This document shows, piece by piece, positions 33,257-39,745 of a stretch of 39,745 nt of DNA (its first letter is position 1; the number at the start of each line of letters is the position of its first letter). Where the stretch lies: assembly GCA_032718475.1 (NCBI GenBank), contig JAUCBJ010006686.1:1-39745 (forward strand), written 5' to 3'. Under the pieces are notes generated by a model. It worked only from the letters and a program-made list of their open reading frames with translations, was not told the DNA's origin and did no database searches. The DNA is from Nemertoderma westbladi (Eukaryota; Animalia; Xenacoelomorpha). A program made the position numbers and the translations under genes.

Positions 33257-34420
33257 ATGCCAAAACTTGGTGGGCGGAAGGGGACTTTTGCAGGGACTAG
33301 AAAACAGGAAATCGTAAATGTTAATCTACCAGTTGAGGAGTCAGATCTGATTCCCGAAGCAAGCGAATCAGAGTTCCCACACGACTGATCGTCTTGGAGT
33401 GACTGGGGATGCATTTACGGGTCCTCTTATTGGAAGTGAAGGATTCCAGTTTGTCGAATATTCAACCATGAGGATTGTATGTCCGACATTCATCAACATC
33501 ACTGCGGCGGTGTTCTGAAGTTTACTCCAAATCTCCAAAACGGATATTATTTCAATATATTTCTTGAATGTGAGACATGTGAATATATTTACAAATTCGA
33601 AAATGTTGTCAATGATATAAGCAATCATCCTAATGAGTCAAAGCGCCGTATAAACACTCGTACTATATTAGCGTTTCTTATGATTGGGGGAACACATGAC
33701 ACTGCTCGAAGATTTTCGGAGGCGATGGAAATGCCAAATCCTGTCAATCATAGTCGCTGGAGAGTTACTCTTAGGCGAATTACTGATGCTGTTAGAAACC
33801 TGGCGATTGGTAATTGTTACAATGAAGCTCAGAAGCTGCGTAATAAGTATGGGGCAGATACAGGTAACCCTATCTCTGGTAATAGTGAGTCAATATATAA
33901 TGTATCTGTTACTTTTGATGCCACTTGGCAGAAACATGGGCATATGTCCCTTTACTGTGTGGCCTATGTGATGTCTGCTGATACCGGCGCAGTTCTAGAT
34001 ATTTTTGTTGTCAGCAAATCATGTTATATTTGCCGCCATTATTCTAAACTTTGTACTATACACGTACCGCAACATGATTGTGACATAAATTTCCGTGGCA
34101 GTAGCAATGCCATGGAAACTTTTGCTGCGAAGCAACTTTGGGCAAGATCCATTGAAAGGAACAGGTTGCGATATACAGAGCTGCTAAGCGATGGAGACAG
34201 TTCTGTTTTCAAAGAGCTCCGAGAGAACCCTCCATATGGCATCGAGCACCCAGTAAAGAAATATGAGTGTATTAACCATATCGCTAAACGAGTAACCAAT
34301 GGCCTTGAATCAGTCCGTAAAGAAAAAAGGATCGGTGGTGTGAATGGGCTCTCTCAGCCACGGATCAGACAACTAGCCAGTTATTACCGGAACACTGTTG
34401 TTCACCATGTCTCTTCTGTA
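33257..34420 (+). pseudogene. Kolobok-like (Mutator-like domain) DDE transposase, frameshifted at the 5' end and truncated at the 3' end
   Basis: VSVTFDATWQKHGH.SL, TGAVLD...SKSCYIC, HDCDINFRGSSNAME, LRYTELLSDGDSS, KYECINHIAKR. Likely start ATG 33257 (MPKLGGRKG), with frameshifts before 33479. Confidence 0.82.
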
Positions 34421-34453
34421 GACTACTGTTACGGTATATGGCGCTGTATCCAT

Positions 34454-34551
34454 AATATTAGTCATCATGCAGTATGCAATATTAGTCCGTTATGCAGTAT
34501 GCAATATTAGTCCGTTATACTGTACGTAATATTAGTCCGTTGTGCAGCATG
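34454..34551. repeat. 25-bp tandem repeat (AATATTAGTCCGTTATGCAGTATGC), four copies
   Basis: Units start at 34454, 34478, 34503 and 34528; replaces the transposase C-terminus. Confidence 0.85.
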
Positions 34552-36559
34552 ATATTTTAGATAAGGCATAATAACGCAGTGGTATTTAGGTAGGGAAATC
34601 AAAACGCCCATATATTTGAAACCATCCATTTTGTATAGTATGTAGCCCTACCTACGTAATTTTGTATTAGGTTATATGTAGATAGTTCCAGGGTAAGTTT
34701 ATTCGGACCCTGGATTCAGTGCTTGCTGATATTAGCTTTAGTAGGGCTAGCATATAGGGACGCTGTCCTGGCCATTCAGCAGCCAGAGACGTGAACCATT
34801 ACCATATATGGTAATAATTCGAGGAAGGGGAGCAAATAGGGCTACAATCCGGCCTCCTTATTGGACTAGCTGCTTCCAGGTTGGTCTAGTGCTAGCACGG
34901 ACTGGAGAGCCAATAAGAAAGCGATTGAGTCACCCTATTGCATCACCCCATCCGGATCACCTATAAATTGGCGGTGTGCCGGTAGAGCCTCAACTCATCA
35001 CATGACACCTAGCCCTAGCACCTGTCTTGCTGTTTTTTCTTGATACTTTCTGCAATTTGCTAATTTGATTAATTTCGTGAAATGATTTGCTAGTGCGATT
35101 ACTTGCTTGTGTTTCTCAATAATTCCTTTGATTGCTGCTAATTACAATTGAACTATGATTTCTACCTTTGATTAATGGTTCTATGTGATTCTTTCTGCGC
35201 AATAATCCTAAGGGATTCTGAGACTGTCAGACTTTGTGATTTGCATGCGCCGCTACGGTAGCTATATTAGCATCATGGAGAGCTAAGGTGCCAGTGGGCG
35301 GTGGGCGCATCGGGGGGTTGAGCGACTAGGAGAGAGCGGAGGATTCAAGGCGAGCAACGCTGGCCAGGGTCACCGTTGCGGGCGGGTAACTTGCACTGCG
35401 GCACGCAGACCGATCGCCGGTACAGTAATTAGGGGGCTGATGATCCAGATTTTGTCTCTATTTGGTATTAGGGGGGCAGGAATTGGGTTAGTTAGGAATC
35501 CTAGATGTACCTGGGAGAGGCCTGCGCGTATTACAACGTTGAGTGTGGAGTACGAGTAGTGAATTACACAATTGTAAACTGTGATTTCTAACGCTGATTG
35601 GTGTGTTATTGAAGTGTGCCTAAGATTACGAATGCTTAGATAGGCGCTCTTTTCTTTTGATTGATTTCTATTTCTTAGTTACAATAATTAGTTATTGATT
35701 AGGTCAAAGTAATACGGCAATTTAGGCTATTACTATCGAAACCTGTTGCGTGATAAATTAGAATTACGTATTCTGGAACTCTTAGTAATTAGTACGCTGT
35801 TAAATATTCGTGACTGTAATTAATTAGTAAAAAATTAAGAATTAGTACGCAGCATAGCGGAGAGTAGCTAAGGTAATAATTAGTGTACTGTAAACTATTC
35901 ACGCTGAGCGGTTATTTGCATTAGCGGGCAATCAGCTAGAACGCACTATTCGGTACGCACGATACGCTAGTAATTTTGCTGGCCTAAAGCCAGTCGCGGG
36001 CAGTTTTAGACCCGGGGTGGTATTATCCACGTAGAAACAGATACTGTACCATTTTGATATTTTAAATATTCTCGCATTCACACATTACGTTAGGGAACCT
36101 CCAGTATTCGCGATTAGAAAGACGTAGGTAATAGCGTGCTTTAATAAGTGATAGAATTAGGCGTAAGAATACTCTGAGTGCAAGGCCTCTCGCACTCGTC
36201 TTAAGTAAGCTTAGGGAGCCGACTCGGGTTTATTGTTTTGGTTATTCCCGCGTGGCTCATAGATTCGAACAGTTAGCTCTCTATCGAGCAATCGGTAGAG
36301 AAAGGAACAAGCGATTTTGCAGGAGTTGTGTAAAATTAGTAAATTATATTAGTGGACGGCAGATTAGCGCCATCTAACGGTAAGTAGCGGTTTTGTATTT
36401 AGCAACCCTTACAATTAGTAATAGCACGCTCCTGATCCCCTTTACTTAACAGTAGAGCAGTCTTTGTGTCTTATTGGTTAGACGAGAACTTATTAGGTTG
36501 GCAGAAGGATATTAACGGGTATTGGTCTGTTCAACAGTTCTGCTGTTAGTATAGAGGTC

Positions 36560-37100
36560 GCGGTTGTTTATCAGTAATACGCGTCTATTGCTTTGCTGTA
36601 CTGCGTACAGTAAGGCAGATAGAGTATTCTTAGGCTGTTAGTTTAGATTACTGATACTTCGTATCAGTAATACGCGATTTGTTTGCTGTAGGCTGTAGCG
36701 TACAGTAAATAGAGTATTCTTAGGCTGTTAGCTTAGATTATTGTTACTTTAGATTACTGATACTTCGTATCAGTAATACGCGCATTATTGGCTGTTGCTT
36801 GCGGCAGTCAATAGTGTATTCTTAGGCTGATAGTAGTATCACAGTATTAAGTAATAAGTTGGAGCACGTGATCGTCTGCTGTAGGCTATAGGCTAGCGTA
36901 CAGTAAGACATTGAGTTTATTCTATTAGGTTGTTAGTTTAGATTACTGTATTCACTGGCTGCGTACAATAGTACAGTAGTACATTAGGCTGATTGCTGTT
37001 ACTGCGTACGGTAGAAGGGACATTTGTTTGCCATACCATACACGGTATCATTAGGCTGTTAGGTTGGTGTACTGTTTTACTTACTGTACTGCATACAGTG
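36560..37100 (+). repeat. Degenerate leader repeats of about 90-110 bp
   Basis: Recurrent GCGTACAGTAA...GTATTCTTAGGCTGTTAG..TAGATTACTGATACTTCGTATCAGTAATACGCG. Confidence 0.75.
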
Positions 37101-37963
37101 GATGTACGGTAGTGCGTTTTTACTAATTGCGAATACAGCAGTTCCTTAGGCCTTAGGGCAAACAGTAATTAGTAAGTTTTTTGAAATTTTTAGCTAGGTT
37201 TGCGAGAATTCAGTTTTCGGTCAAAATTATTTTGTAAAATTCTAGAGTTTTGTACCGGTATGTTAGGTAACCGCTTAGTTATTTTATACCATCTGGAGAT
37301 ACATGGCAAGACGGAACTTCTGAGTTTGGGGTTCGTGTGGGTCTGCGGGTTCGGTTTGCAATCAGCGAAGGGCCTGAATCTTTGGACGCGGACGTGGAAT
37401 CTCACAGCAAACAAGGTTAGTTGTTCTGTTGGCACCATAGTGTTTGTGGAAGCAGTAAAAAATTATCGGTTGTTTAACTGCGAAGCTGAACTCAATTTAT
37501 TAGTTAGGATATTTAGGTTTAGCCGGCCATGGTTTTTTGAATCGCTCAAGTTAGAGAGAGAGTTAGAGAGTCGCAACCCGAAGATGTAGCCACGCGCTAG
37601 TGGATACATAATAATATTTGAAATTAAAATTACGTTGATTAGAGCTATATATATATAAAATTAGAAATATTCGGGCGGCAAGTATATTTTGAATATTTTG
37701 TATTAGATTCAAAGTTATTTTGTGCTATACCGGTATTTAATGCTATATAATAGCTATATAATAATATTTTTGTTTAAATATTGTGCTAGTATTTGCTATA
37801 ACTATATACCCCATTAAATTCACAATATTGCATTGCGAATTTATTTTGACATTTGGACCAACTGATTATTTGACAATTAATTTGACCGTATTTCGGTTAA
37901 ATTATAATTATATCTCGAATTTTTGCGAGATATTTTTGCCGGAAGGCAAATATTATTTAGACT

Positions 37964-39745
37964 ATGAGTGTCTCAGACAAAGAGGCACTAGAGGACAGCT
38001 ACGAGACGGCGGCTGGACCGCCGACTGACGATAGCGTAAATATTACTGTTGACGACAATGCCGACTATGACGACGCAGCGAGCGACGCTGACGTAAGTGA
38101 ACAGGAGGACGAGACAGTGACTAGTGAGGAAGAAGAACTACCTCAGGTAATAGTATTAGGATCCCCTACCGCTACTGTAAGGAAGGACTGTACGGCAGCC
38201 CGGACAGAGGTGAGTGATAGGGAGAGTAGTGTAGCAGAAGCGAGAGCCCGGAGCCCGGTTTCCAGACCTGTGGGTATGGTAAGTGCCGTGGTCCCGACGG
38301 CTGTAAGGAGTACCCGTAGTTCCCGAAATAATCCTTCAAGTCCACCGAGTGTAAGTCAGGTAAGCGATAGAGAGTTCGACACTGCGATGAAGAAGAAACT
38401 TCGCGCGCATGCCGGACATATAACCCGGACGGCGGACAAGGTAAGGAAGATGTTAGCTGACTCAGCCAACATCGGGAGGGTAGAGTTAGTAGAGATTAGA
38501 AGAGGATATAACTCAGCATTATTCAAGCAGACGGAGGAGCTTGCAGTCCTAGCGAAGAAGGCAGTAGAGTCTCAGTCGAGCGACGTGGCGACGAGGATTT
38601 ACGACAGGGTTTTAGCAGCCTTGTTGGAGCACCGCGAGTTGTCGGAGCGATTCCGACGAGTTAGGACGGAGAACTGGCTGCTATGGACATCACAAGCGCA
38701 GGCGACTCAAGTGAGTGACGCAGAGTTAAGAGACTTAGTGGAGCGAGAAGAGATCCAGGATAAAGAAGAGCGCCGTTATCAGAGGGAAGTTACTAGCTGG
38801 CTGATGCAGAATGGAGTGGTGGTACCGGGTCAGGTGCTACCGACGACGGAGAACATCCAACAGAGGACGTTGACTCCACCCGACGACGCATCCAGAAACA
38901 GCGGCGATTCCCAGGTTAGTCACGCGCGAGGTAAGGTTATATGTGCTAGATCCCTTGTTTCGCACAACTCGGCGGAGGAGAGAAGACGCCGACTGGACGA
39001 ACAGCAGGCGGAAGTTTTGCGTGCATCGGAAGCACGGAAGGAAGCCGAGCGGGAACGGGAACGAACACGTAAGTTAGACACGAAGTTGCGAGAGTTGGAA
39101 GAGAAAGGTAAGCGTGAGCGAGCGGAACGCGAGCAGAAGGAACGTGAACTCGAACTTGAACGCGAGCGCAAGGAACGCGAACTCGAACTTGAACGCGAGC
39201 AGAAGGAACGCGAACTCCAGCTCGAACGCGAACAGAAGAAACGTGAGCTCGAACTTGAACGCGAACGCAAGGAACGCGAACTCGAGATCGACAAGGAGCG
39301 ACAAGCGTTGTATGAAGAGAAGGCGCGTGTGGAAGAAGAGGGCGCAGCGAGACGAGCGAGGGAAGAAGAAGAACGTAAACTGGCGCAGTTGGAAAGTGCG
39401 AGATTAAGTTTAGAGAGCGAAGAACGGACTAGGAAGGCGAATGAGATCGCCGAGAAGGGGATGCGAATGATCGAAGAATGTGGGGCGAGTGTAGGGACAG
39501 AGTTGCGAGAACTGTTCGCACTGCAGAAGGCCGAACAGGAAGCGAGAACTCCGACTATACGCGAGTCGACGACGACCAGAATTCCTATACCCGGTCCAGC
39601 TATTACGAGTACACGGATCGCTAAACCATTCTCTACATATCGCACGCCAGTTGGTATTAGTGCTTCACCTATCGCGCAGGATCTACGTCATCGGAACACC
39701 GCACCACTACACACCGAACACGACGACGAAGAGTTTAGAGAAACT
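37964..39745 (+). CDS. gag: BEL/Pao Gag(-Pol) N-terminus, 594 codons, open to the window end
   Basis: MSVSDKEALEDSYE...KLRAHAGHITR...PPDDASRNSGDSQVS..., then a long E/R/K coiled coil. The RxxxGHITR and PDDxS..SQVS motifs are typical of BEL/Pao Gag. Not in the ORF track (no stop). Confidence 0.8.
   Translation, partial: MSVSDKEALEDSYETAAGPPTDDSVNITVDDNADYDDAASDADVSEQEDETVTSEEEELPQVIVLGSPTATVRKDCTAARTEVSDRESSVAEARARSPVSRPVGMVSAVVPTAVRSTRSSRNNPSSPPSVSQVSDREFDTAMKKKLRAHAGHITRTADKVRKMLADSANIGRVELVEIRRGYNSALFKQTEELAVLAKKAVESQSSDVATRIYDRVLAALLEHRELSERFRRVRTENWLLWTSQAQATQVSDAELRDLVEREEIQDKEERRYQREVTSWLMQNGVVVPGQVLPTTENIQQRTLTPPDDASRNSGDSQVSHARGKVICARSLVSHNSAEERRRRLDEQQAEVLRASEARKEAERERERTRKLDTKLRELEEKGKRERAEREQKERELELERERKERELELEREQKERELQLEREQKKRELELERERKERELEIDKERQALYEEKARVEEEGAARRAREEEERKLAQLESARLSLESEERTRKANEIAEKGMRMIEECGASVGTELRELFALQKAEQEARTPTIRESTTTRIPIPGPAITSTRIAKPFSTYRTPVGISASPIAQDLRHRNTAPLHTEHDDEEFRET
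39125..39289 (+). repeat. Coding 33-bp tandem repeat, five copies (EREQKERELEL)
   Basis: Units start at 39125, 39158, 39191, 39224 and 39257. Confidence 0.9.

Larger units (their letters stand above)
34641..39745 (+). mobile_element. Second BEL/Pao LTR retrotransposon, 5' part (putative LTR about 34641-35535, leader about 2.4 kb, gag)
   Basis: TGTA start candidate, CCAAT near 34910, TATAAA at 34962, GC-rich structured block, ...GCGCGTATTACA end candidate, then a long leader and a BEL-type Gag. The 3' LTR is outside the window, so boundaries are inferred. Confidence 0.6.

Noticed and set aside
38920-39645. 241-aa Ser/Arg-rich minus-strand ORF
   Set aside because: Antisense shadow of the repetitive Gag coiled coil.

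Overview
AT-rich eukaryotic (animal) repeat-dense DNA with no host gene I can support. Frequent TAGGCCTA and ACCGGT words give a weak hint of an echinoderm or similar marine invertebrate. The window has three parts. (1) 1-11.3 kb: the start of a CMC (EnSpm/Mirage-like) transposase, then MITEs, Helentron-like pieces and poly-C tracts. (2) About 11.3-24.5 kb: a tight mosaic of 150-1400 bp coding fragments from about a dozen unrelated mobile-element groups on both strands (Polinton penton, Gypsy pol, Crypton-like, R2-type myb, three hAT types, Helitron, pogo, Chapaev3), plus minisatellites and a foldback palindrome. (3) 24.5-39.7 kb: a young non-autonomous BEL/Pao LTR element (24870-33112, 1252-bp LTRs identical by eye, CTAGT target-site duplication) inserted into a Kolobok-like transposon, then the 5' part of a second BEL/Pao element whose Gag ORF (from 37964) runs off the window. 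Main leads: the first BEL element has no tRNA-type primer-binding site, and the 12 nt at that position are perfectly complementary to a site inside its own LTR (candidate Tf1-like self-priming or RNA circularisation); the fragment mosaic looks like a TE-fragment trap or piRNA-cluster-like locus. All family assignments come from motifs recognised by eye, not database searches.
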